The notes below the pieces were generated by a model, which was not told the origin of the DNA, did not search any database, and was given only the letters and a program-made list of their open reading frames with translations. The translations under genes and the position numbers were made by a program. From positions 248,001 through 312,000 of the forward strand of contig OZ037765.1 of NCBI GenBank assembly GCA_964035545.1: a DNA stretch of 64,000 bases, read 5' to 3'. Positions 52,901 to 64,000 of this stretch are shown here, piece by piece (positions within the stretch are counted from its first letter, which is position 1; the number at the start of each line of letters is the position of its first letter). The stretch is from Bugula neritina (taxonomy: Eukaryota > Animalia > Bryozoa).

Positions 52901-54728
52901 CACTTCCTGTACTGCTGACCAGAGTAGAGCCGGTGGTAGATCGGTGCACAGGGTTGGTGGAGGCTTTAGGAGTCGAGTCATCCCCGTCATGTAGCTGACT
53001 CGAGCTGATCCACTCCCTCACCTGAATAATACAACACATCGCCATGGAAACCCTCTTGTGCTGTCATACAGGCATCATACAATAGAGTATAATTATAAGG
53101 AACAAATACAATAACGACAGTCAAATCTAAATGCCTATTGGTTGGCTATGTAGCCAATCACCTTGTCGGCCGGAGAGCTAGCTGGAACGCTGCTCACATC
53201 TGCAAGTATTCCCCTTCTATCAGGTTCAGTGAATCCTGACTCAGTGTCTGCGGCACCAGTACGTCTGCTACTCGAGTGTCTCTCTCTGCTGGCACTCGTG
53301 TCGTGACTCAGCAGCCCGGAATCTGATCCCTCAGCGTCTGCAGAACATAGTCAGGTGACAGTAGTCATGCGATCAGTAGTCATGTGACAAGTAGTCATGT
53401 GACAAGTAGTCATGTGACAGTAGTCATGTGACAGTACCTTGCATGAAGATGGAGCTGCTGGGGGCGTCCACCAACACAAACTCGGAGCTGGCAGTTGCGT
53501 CCTTCTCCATGGACTCCAAGCAGATGTCGTCTGCAACTGCTGATTCCAGTTCTCTGGCCAAATTCTCCTCATCATAGCATTCATCTAGTGTCTCGTGTAT
53601 CTCAGAGCACCTGTGAGCACATGTCAACACTGTACAACATTATGACATGTCAACTTTATACAACATTGTGAAATGACAACTTGCATCCATGTAGTTCTGC
53701 TGTGAGCGTCATCTACACACGAGCACATGCCATCACATGATGTCACATGCCGTCACATGATGCCACACACTGTCACATGCCATCACATGATGTCACACGC
53801 CATCACATGATGTCACATGCCGTCACATGATGCCACATGCCATCACATGATGTCACATGCCATCACATGATGTTACATGCCATCACATGACGCCACATGC
53901 CGTCAGGTGCCACAACTCACCTTATGAAGTAGCTGAGAACAAAGAGAAACTTTATAATAGTGTCTACTTTTTTGCCGGTTACTATAGTTCTAGCCAGGCG
54001 GGGTGGCATACCAATAGCCCCGTACATGTCACTCAGCTGGGCCCACAGAGGATTGTAGGGATGAGATTTAGCTAACATATCCAACTAAAAGTAGAAATCA
54101 GTGTTAAGATATAGAGCAGATAACTACTGAAAATACAAACTATATCTATTGTCTTGCACTGAATGCATGGAGGGAAGGGAAAGTTAGTCCAGCAGAAGAG
54201 AATAAAATAATTCTTTATTGAGTCTTCAATAAATTTTCAAAGAACTGAAAGAGAGTGAAAACTGAAATAAATTCTTTAGTTTGGCACCAATTCAGATCAA
54301 TCTAGAGGTCAATATCAATGGATAATCTATCTCTAGAGATCAATCTATCAATTCAAATCAAGAACTAACTCTTCAGGAATACAAGGACTCACCCACTTAG
54401 CCGAGTGCTTATCAGCATATGAGGAGTGAGTCTCGCCAGACGGAGTGACCGTAGGAACCCAAGCTAAGTGATGCATCAGTACGCCAGTGAGTAGGGAGCT
54501 GACAAAACTACAGCATAGATAATATTACTAGTTACTTGTACTAGTACTCACTACTACTAGTACTACTACTAGTAGTACTACTACTACCACTACTACTAGT
54601 ACTACTACTACTACTACTACCACTACTACTACTAGTACTAGTAGTAGTAGTACTACTACTAGTACTACTACTACCACTACTACTAGTACTACTACTAGTA
54701 CTACTACTAGTACTATTACTACTACTAT

Positions 54729-54769
<41 letters not shown>

Positions 54770-54830
54770 GTACAACTACTACCACTACTACTAGTACTAC
54801 TACTAGTACTACTACTAGTACTATTACTAC

Positions 54831-54865
<35 letters not shown>

Positions 54866-57800
54866 GTACTACTACGAGTACTATTACTACTACTACTACT
54901 ACTCACTACTCACTACTACTACTACTCACTACTACTACTACTACTACCACTAGTACTACCACTACACGAACACCTACTAGTTGGTAGACTTGGTGTCGTA
55001 TCTGTCAATGAGGATGGTGAACTCTCGGACAAATCTCTCACAGATTTTGTACTTCTGCGTGGTGGAGGCCATCATGCTGAGCCAGACGGGGTTGGCGAGA
55101 CGCTGAGCCGTGTACAAGTCGTACACTTTGTTCTGGAACTCCTCCAGTGCCTACAGATAGTAGCTCATCACTGATAGCTCTGGTAACAATCTATTGCTAC
55201 AGAAGTGATAATGTTGGTGAAACAATGAGGAGATCTTCAACTAATAGATGGAGTTGGGAGAGGAAATTACACCATTTAGAAGTAGAGGAATCTTTCCCAG
55301 CATTCTTTGAATATTTTCATTACTAGATTCTGTAAAGTAAGCTTTGCACATCATGTGACCACTGATAATATGGGGTCTAAGTGCCTTATTCATAATCACA
55401 TGAAACTCCGGCATGTAATTGGTTCAATACATGCAATGCCTCATATGATTGGTTAAAACATGCTATGCCTCATTTAATTGACTAACATGTCCCATGTGAT
55501 TGGGTGATATCAAGTTAGGTCTCATGTAATTGGATGAGAGGTCCCATGTGATTGGGTAACAGACAGGCAAGTGTCATGTGAGCAGACAACACATGTTGAA
55601 AGACATGAGAGATTGATGCTGTAACAGTGTTTGCTGTGTAAACACTCTGATCATATGCTTCCCTGTTGAGTCTGCATCACATGATGATGACTGTATCAGT
55701 GAATAGAACTTAACACAGAGATAGCAGTAATGCAAACACCAGAGTAACTATTAAATAAGTATTAGCTGACAGTTTAATCTTAGTTCGTGCAGCAGGCAGA
55801 CAGAAATCAGCCAATAAAACAAGTTCTATACTAAAATTGGCAGACAAAATATTAAAAAAATTGCAACAATATTGGAATAGTACATGTCATGGAAACAACA
55901 GATAATTTCAATACCAGGTTGAGTAGAAGAAGTTGAGGAAATGGCCAGTTGTGGAATGAGATGAACTGACCAATAGCAAGTGCACAGTGGCAATTCTAAG
56001 TTTCACTCCCTCCCTCACTCACTCACTCACTCCCTCCCTCACTCACTCACTCACTCACTCACTCACTCACTCACTCACTCACTCACTCACTCACTCACTC
56101 ACTCACTCACACACTCCCTCCCTCCCTCCCTCACCTCCATGATACGTTGGGTGACATTACTGCTGCTAGCAGCTGCCCCTTTCTCTATGCGTGATTTGAG
56201 TCCCATGAGCTGACCCTCTATCAAAGTGATATGTGAGAAAAAGAACGTCTCAAAGTCCCTCCTCGAGTCGTCAAATTCGTCCAAAGTGAAAATGATGGCC
56301 ATTCCTATTCTGGGACCTTTTCTTCTGCTGCAACTAATACTTCCTCCGTACTGTAAGTATATACACTGTGTACTGTAAGTATACTGTGTACTGTAAGTAT
56401 ACTATGTACTGTAAGTATACTATGTACTGTAAGTATATACACTGTGTACTGTAAGTATATCATGTACTGTAAGTATACACACTGTGTACTGTAAGTATAT
56501 ACACTGTGTACTGTAAGTATACTGTGTACTGTAAGTATATACACTTCCATTACAGACTAGCAGAAAAAGTAAATCCACAAAATAATACAAATAAAGAAAT
56601 ACCAGCAAAACTCTTAAAATCAACTAAATTAAAAATAATTTTCCTATTTGAAGGACGCCATAGCCCAAGGCACTGACCTCACTGAGTGAGGGTTGGGGAG
56701 AATCACCACCCGACCCGGTGGTACTGCCAGTACTGAGGCTATTGCACTGAAAGCTGCGGTTGTGAGCGTATCTTATCCGTCTGAGTCGGTTGAGATTACT
56801 AGCTGAGTTGATACTTGCAGACGACATCGCTCCGGGTGAGGGGAGAGGCGTCTGCACCAGACTGCCACCAGATGTCACTGTGAGGAGACAACACTCATTA
56901 GAAGCTAATAACACTCAACACAATGTATTAACAATGCAAGTTGTCTTTCAAACATATATACAATTTCACCTGAGAATGCTAACTTGTAAACTTGATTCTC
57001 CGTGAGAAGAAACATTGCTGTAAGTTGAAGCTGATTGACACAAATATTTAGAAGGAATGAAAGGTATGCCAGTGAAAGTAGAGACAGAGAGAGACAGATT
57101 TACTAAGCTAGTCAACCATCCACTGACAGACTGACTCTCAGTTACAACTAGGGGCACACTTTGTCTCAGATTGAGTAGAGATACTTGGCAATTGGCCAGC
57201 AGACCGAGTTCATGTACGCAGGTAACGTACACAGGCAACCCTGGAATTTCATGACTCATTTATTTATGCCTTGAGTTTCACACAGAAATTGTAAAATATG
57301 GCCTTGCAGTTGTTGACAAACAAATGTTGAAACTGAAATATCAACATAAAAAGCTGTGACAGAAAGTGTGAAACTGGACTGTTATATGTGGTCAGGTGTA
57401 ATCGGTCTATTAGATGTATCTATTATCAGCATATTAAAGGAAACAAAGAATGGCCGAAGGGACACAACTAATCCATTGTTTAGTGGAGTGCAATAAATGA
57501 GGTGCTTCATTGTCAGTACAAGGCTGGGTGAACAGGCTGAGTGAACAGGCTGGGTGAACAGGCTGAGTGAAAAAGTCAATAAGAGAAATGCCCAAACTGA
57601 TGTAAGAACAGCTGAGGCTTTTTGAGTAACAAAACTTCCCAGTGTGGGAAAAGAAACCCTAAATTTCATAAAACTTTCATAAATTCCAATATTCCCTCAG
57701 AACAATGGAACCAAAGTTATGACTATGATTGGGTTTTATTATTACTCCTGAAAGGGCTTCAGTTTTTGCTGACACAGCATAAAAGGCAGCAGTTATTGCA

Positions 57801-60800
57801 CCATGATATGACATAAGAGTGACTCAGAGTGGAATAACCTACCATTATAAGCACTACTAACTACTAGTTAGTAGTGAATTAATATCAATTACTAGTTGCT
57901 AGTAACTACTAGCTGGTCACTTAGATATCATTAGAGAACTGGAGAAAGACAGAAAGTAAGAGTATCACAGACTGAGTGGTAGAAAGTGGCCTACCTGATG
58001 CGTTTAGACTAGTGTTACTGCCGTGGTGATGAGGACTGGGGAAGGGCATGTCGACAGGCCGACTACTGGCTATAGACTGAGAGTTTGAGGAGCCGAGACT
58101 AGATAGGTTGGTTTCACTGCTCTTCCTGGGCAGGCCGTCCCCGTATATTGATGATTCGAATGAGTCCAGTGAATCAAAGTCCGCACCACTAGTCGAATAA
58201 AATCATATTACTACATGAAAAATTCTGGACAAGAGTTGGGGTTGAACCGCAGACCAACTGACTAATAGGACAACACACCTGACCTCTGTACCACAGCAGC
58301 TGTACAGAATCACACACCAACTACTGACATATTATTGTCACAATGGGGTTGCTATGGTTACAGTCTCAGTGATAGCAGCAGTAGAAACTGACCTTGGGTA
58401 GGGGGAGCTGCCTCTTTTATACTGGAATATCATCGACAGCATGAGTTGATGTGGACTCCTACAAGGAAATGTCTATACATTAACTACAGCATAACAGTAG
58501 AACCTGGTACAATGGAAACATAATATACAGGTATTGTTGAGGCCAACACCTGTTGCTATCAACATGTTGACATCAACGGATCTCATTAGCTTAAACTGAT
58601 AAAAGGTGGTAAATGAGGATTAATTCCAGGAATGTGTATGAACTTTGACAGAGTTATCTAGTTTATAATAAGCAAAGCATGCACAGTCTTTGATGATACC
58701 AGGAGTTTAGTTTATCATAGTCACATACAGTCTTGTAACGTATGTCTGCTATGACTCATAATATCAAGTTGAGGAAGTAAACCCTACCTGCTAATATGAG
58801 TTCTTAGACTATACACTACCTGCTAACATCAGTTCTTAGACTATACACAAATATATTGCTATTGTTTATACCCACCGAAGGGAGTGAACTTTGATTGTGG
58901 TGCCAGTACTAGCTAAGGGTGCTGTACCAAACACCATCTCTCCTACCATCTTGATGTCATTCTTCCCAGACGATGTACAGACGTTCTACAAGATATTAAC
59001 ATTTGACACTTTAGTGACATGTAGCTGGCAGTTTAGTGACATGTAGCTGACAGTTTAGTGACACTTAGCTGACACTTTAGTGACATGTAGCTGACAGTTT
59101 AGTGACATGTAGCTGACAGTTTAGTGACACTTAGCTGACACTTTAGTGACATGTAGCTGACAGTTTAGTGACATGTAGCTGACAGTTTAGTGACACCTAG
59201 TTGACACTTTAGTGACACCTACCTGACAGTTTAGTGACATGTAGCTGACACTTTAGTGACATGTAGCTGACAGTTTAGTGACATCTAGCTGACAGTTTAG
59301 TGACATGTAGCTGACAGTTTAGTGACATGTAGCTGACAGTTTAGTGACACCCAGCTGACACTTTAGTGACATGTAGCTGACAGTTTAGTGACATGTAGCT
59401 GACAGTTTAGTGACATGTAGCTGACAGTTTAGTGACATGTAGCTGACAGTTTAGTGACATGTAGCTGACAGTTTAGTGACACCTAGCCGACACTTTAGTG
59501 ACACCTAGCTAACAATTTAGTGACATGTAGCTGACAGTTTAGTGACATGTAGCTGACAGTTTAGTGACATCTAGCTGACACTTTAGTGACACCTAGCTGA
59601 CAGTTCAGTGACATGTAGCTGACACTTTAGTGACATGTAGCTGACAGTTTATTGCAACTTACCTTATATTTAGGTAAGCTGCCATTTTTAGCTGCTTCTG
59701 TCCCAGGACAGTTTGGACAGCTTCTTCGAGCACATCTACGCTGCTTGCGACATTTCTAAAGCATGTCATCAAAAGTCATTAAAAAAAATATTACAGTGGA
59801 ATGATATAACCAAGTGTTGGAATTCGAGTTGGAATTATCTGAAGGTATTTGAATTCAGCAGACAGGGCAAGATAACTCAATCTATGAGTGGTTATCATTT
59901 CAACTCTGACACCACCATACCGATAGTTCAGTGAAAGTCTTATAGTCTATTTAAAAATGTTTGGAATTCTAAATTTAAAACTAAAGTTTTGGATTAAAAA
60001 ATATTTCAACTAATAAAAAAGAAATACCATCCATTTCACCTGAACAGCTTCCTCGTTGTGACTCAGTCTCCAATGTTTTAAAGTTTTTGTGTCAACATGA
60101 AAAGTTATACAAACATGTCTAAAGCTAAACTCTGCATGTCACTCACCTCACAGAGAATGTCATCCAAGGTGAGCTTTCTGATGCAGCGTGAATCCAAAAT
60201 TGGCTGCTTGCCAGTTTTAGCGCAGTCTTTAAACAGCACCAAGTTGATGTGTTCTTTTGTAAATCGATTGATGTGCCACCTGTGAAAATACGGGTTTTTT
60301 AGGCTAATCAAGTTTAAAACATGATAAAATATTGGTTAAGCAATGCACACATAAGGAGGTTAACAATAACATAAAAAATTACCCACAAAATTGTAAAAGT
60401 TACAATATAAAAATTTATAATTACCAACATCAAAACCATAACAGATTCCTTAGAATAGAAAAGTAAATAAAATTATGTCAATGATTATTATCCAACTACT
60501 ATCAATAGTATTAGTTGCATGACTACAATGTCATCACTAAAATAAAAAAAGAAAAAATAATATTAAGAGTACAATGTCAATAATTAGCAGTATTTCAACA
60601 GGCAGCTACTAGTTTTAAAAGACACAAATATTAAATACACATTTACTGATTACAAATACATCTGTTTATTATTTACTTATACTTAGAGTGTCCTCATTGT
60701 GTATGCAAAACCAAGGGCAAAAACTAACCATAAAATTTACTAGACTCAAACTGATTGGTTTTCAATAACATAACAGAAATGAAAATGTAGTAAATTGAAA

Positions 60801-61302
60801 ACTTTCACTACAGTTATTATCATTATACATACATCATAATAATTACCAACCACCATGGTCAATTGCAATGAATGTTGATACTCATAGTCATACTCGTACT
60901 GAGTCTGATCTACGCTTTACTTATCTGAGAAAAATACTATTATTATTACTATTAGGATTAGTATGGTGAGTACTGTTGGTATAACATTAACTATAAGATT
61001 AGCTGTAGTTCTAATTTAAATTTATTCAACATAAAACTTTGTCTTTGACTTTACTTGCATTCTCACTCTATCTTTACTCTTAGCCTTTAGTAATGGTTTT
61101 ATATTTATGTTCTAAATCTAATGCTAAAAGTAAAACTAATACTAATACTAATAGTAATACCAAGTCCAATAGTATTAGTATTAGTTAAACCTGTAGTTAA
61201 TGTTATACTTATACTTATAGTTATACATTAACTTATAACCGTAATAACTAATAAGTTATAGTAAGTATAAACTTACCCTATTACTTTTAAAACCATGTCC
61301 AT
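49916..61302 (-). CDS. FNIP1: Folliculin-interacting protein (FNIP1/FNIP2 co-ortholog)
   Basis: 19 coding exons: 61277-61302 (start less certain), 60147-60279, 59663-59755, 58876-58985, 58393-58458, 57995-58188, 56678-56877, 56135-56350, 54978-55150, 54393-54507, 53921-54084, 53438-53610, 53162-53337, 52258-53021, 51985-52107, 50862-51000, 50447-50659, 50105-50220, 49916-49994. Motifs [68 protein letters not shown] and [14 protein letters not shown]. Confidence 0.95.
50998..51385 (-). repeat. 14-bp minisatellite containing the FNIP exon-16 acceptor
   Basis: Minus-strand unit ATTATACTCTGTAG|, about 27 copies; real acceptor CTCTGTAG|ATCTAC at 51001. Confidence 0.93.
51542..51965. repeat. 14-16-bp minisatellite (ctactgagtaataca(ca))n
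   Basis: About 28 copies, intronic. Confidence 0.92.
54530..54965. repeat. (act/agtact)n simple repeat
   Basis: Fills most of FNIP intron 54508-54977. Confidence 0.93.
56348..56545 (-). repeat. 18-22-bp minisatellite containing the FNIP exon-8 acceptor
   Basis: Each copy carries TACTTACAG|TAC; real acceptor at 56351/56350; about 10 copies. Confidence 0.9.
58233..58297 (-). mobile_element. tRNA-derived SINE-like head (remnant)
   Basis: Minus strand has an A-box-like TGGTACAGAGG and a B-box-like GGTTCAACCCC at tRNA-like spacing; no intact cloverleaf. Confidence 0.45.
59004..59650. repeat. 22-bp minisatellite (ttagtgacatgtagctgacagt)n
   Basis: About 29 copies making up nearly the whole FNIP intron 58986-59662. 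Confidence 0.95.
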
Positions 61303-62252
61303 AGAATTAGAAATGTTATATAATATCAATATTATTAACAAGATCAATATGAATATGTAATTAACTAATTGATAATAAATTTTATATTGAAATTTACAAC
61401 AAAATGAAAATAAAAATTGCTGTTATTACTATTAGTATTACTATTAGTATTAGTATTAGACTAAGAGTACTAGTACTAACTACTAATCATTAAAAATAAC
61501 TGTAACACTAATAGTAATTCTAAGTTTAATAGTAATACTTATACTAAGTCTAATACTAATAATATCAATAATACTTACTTTGTATTAGATTTATTATGAT
61601 GTCGTGAGTTCTGTCCACCATGTTGATACTTTTTGCTTTGAAAGATTTTGGCAAACACCTGAGCCATTGTCAATCGAGTTAATCCTCACAGGCATTGCCA
61701 AAACACTAGCCAATATGAGATATATTTCAAACTTTACTCATTGGAGAATTGTTAAACCTGATTCAGTATATTATTATAATTATAGCATCATGATCATCAC
61801 CTAACATTGATTCACAACTGCACAGTTTCACTCAACAATAGTCAATGGTGCTTCTATATTGTACAAAGAATAAGAGTATATAGGTCGACAATATCACGTT
61901 GAATAATTTTATAGGTCATTCACAACTTCGCAACTGTTGTAGTATATCCATCATCATGTGAGTTCAAACGGTCATGTGATATCTTTTGCGTAAACCAATT
62001 TGCCCTTCAAAGGTTGCGCCTAACGTATGAGGCACAAGACCTCCCTAGTAACAGCATAAAGTAGTTAATCTGAAAGGTCAAGGTAATTCGCTCTTGCATA
62101 TCTGGTCACAAATCATCTGCTAGGTTGCCCTATTTTAGTTGGTTGACTAGCGAATATTCTCACTATTAGGTTTTTCCACAAAATTAATGCCAGTAAAGCT
62201 TGCCTGTTAACTAGCAAATTACTTTTAGTAGTTTAAATAAAGAAAACAAGAA
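61303..62252. promoter_or_regulatory. Probable bidirectional promoter, FNIP / RITA1-like, with two TCATGTGA E/M-boxes
   Basis: Divergent ATGs about 950 bp apart; TCATGTGA at 61954-61961 and 61972-61979. Confidence 0.55.
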
Positions 62253-63444
62253 ATGGGCGACTTTATTTTGTCTGGACGTCCAGCCTCTCGATCAACCATA
62301 CGCTCTTACGAGAGCCAAGGGCATACTTATAGCCGGCCCATTTCAAGCAAAGCTAAATCGGGCCCAAGGGACTTTCATTATGGTGATTTCAGTGATACTG
62401 ATACTCAAGTTGATAGCGAATGTCCTGTAAGTTTACTATCTTGTTGTATGTATGCGTTATATACGTAAGATTTTGGTTACTATGAGTTGAGATCCTTATT
62501 TTTAAAGTTAAATTTGGCTAAAAGTAAAGTTGATAACTTGATTTGGTGATTTAAAAAATTTAATTGACTTATGACACATATGTTTAAGTTTTAAGTATTT
62601 TTAAGAATGCTGAGAGTTCATAGTTACATCATCACAGAAATTATGTAACTACACAGTTTTAAAATATTAAAACTTTGAATCATTTATAATAAAACAAAAT
62701 TATCCTTATATGTGAACATGCAACCCTCAAACAATCTGTAGATAATAGCTAAGATATATATGAATACTTTGGTACTTGGTAAATGAAGTGTATCAGAGAC
62801 TACTCAAATAGCTGAGTTGCTCATGTTACTTCAGCAATGGCAATTGTCATCTCGAGAGACACATTTAAATTTAGGTTTTAATCAGCTAAATTTAGTCTCA
62901 CTATGTCTACTAGCAGTGGAAACTGATTTTACCTCGCATGGACTGTGAGCGTGAAGTAATATGAAGAGTAACTTAGGTAGCAGTACTACCTTGCACTGTG
63001 CACGCAGCATCAGAATTACAACGCTGCTCATTGTTGTAGAGTAGCTACAGGTACGGAAACTCTGGAGGTGTGAATAATACCATCACAGGCTATGAGACTG
63101 TTTCCACTTCAGCCATGTTTACTCGGCAAAACCAGGCCAACAACTTCAACCTCAAAAATACTTCAAGGACGAATCAAGGTCGGCAAACTCCTCGAACATT
63201 GACATCTAGAACTAGAAACAAGTACCGCCCCAAGCAGTCAGAGTGTGATGAGATGCTGTTCGCTAAACCGAAAGCTGCCGACTGTAAGGAATGGAAAGCG
63301 CCGTGGGATGACTCACCAGCTACTCGGCCTCTGCTCTTTGACTCAACAGACAGGGCGGGGCACTACTCCCCCCACAAGATAGATAGCAACTCTCTGCGCC
63401 AGTCTAGGAGTGCCACTGGCTTACACAAGAGAGCATGGAGATAG
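62253..63444 (+). CDS. RITA1: RBPJ-interacting and tubulin-associated protein 1-like
   Basis: Exons 62253-62426 and 63040-63444 join in frame. NKYRPKQSECDEMLF..APW..RPLL and the C-terminal ..KRAWR resemble the RITA motif (NKYR...CDESLFG) and its terminal basic-Trp tail. Confidence 0.72.
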
Positions 63445-64000
63445 ACTAAGTGTATACCGCTAGTTTATAGTCTGAGTATATGCTGCTAGTTTATAGTCTG
63501 AGTACCTGCTGCTAGTTTACACTGTTCATGATAATATGTTGGTATGAAAGGCAAGGAAATATGTCTGTGTGTCTCAGCTTACCCAATCCAAGAGATACTT
63601 TCAATATTATTATAATGAAAATACTCTTCTAGTCCAGGGGTTTGAGCCCACTTGCTGAGGCCCTTATATTCTGCACCAAAAGGTCCACAGCTCCACTATA
63701 CAGACACGACACCCTACTTATACCTGGATTCTATTCCACAAGCTACTACGGCTAGACTTGCCATAGCAATACTTACTCTACTTTACTACATAATATAGTT
63801 GATAGTCATAACAATAATGTTTGTATACCTGGCTAGTTTGTACCATATGGTTTTTTTGGTTTAGAAGAGAAAATTGATACAGTTCAGATGGTTATAATTT
63901 ATTATTTAATATAATATATTAATAATATGATATATACACATAATATGCCTATTTACAATTATTATCTAAGAAACTATCACAGGTTTATGAATTTACTCAA

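Noticed and set aside
60040-60067. Possible 28-nt FNIP exon (also a candidate at ~56969-57030)
   Set aside because: Weak acceptor and not needed for frame continuity; the 28-nt exon would introduce a stop.
62945-62960. GAGCGTGAAG, resembling U3 snoRNA box B
   Set aside because: Boxes A, C and D and the U3 5' sequence are absent; likely chance.

Overview
Intron-rich, AT-rich invertebrate (metazoan) genomic DNA. It is probably spiralian, but that is an impression only. I reconstructed exon by exon, with splice sites and frames checked by hand, the following: the 3' part of an unidentified + strand gene carrying an internally deleted AcademX-type DNA transposon (972-4221) with a nested MITE; TOP3A (-, 21 coding exons, upstream in-frame ATG, GC-AG last intron) head-to-head with PSMD9 (+); a CH-domain/calponin-repeat gene (-) with two alternative C-termini, one built from five near-identical 234-nt exons; a class A peptide-type GPCR (-); a GPAT3/4 acyltransferase (-); and FNIP (-, 19 coding exons) head-to-head with a RITA1-like gene (+). 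The most unusual pattern is a set of intronic minisatellites whose repeat unit contains the adjacent real splice site, so exons are flanked by up to ~55 perfect decoy junctions. In TOP3A these arrays are frame-preserving, and in GPAT each unit is a miniature exon plus GT-AG intron. Most ORFs in the supplied track are repeat artefacts or run through introns. No database searches were run; family calls rest on recognised motifs.
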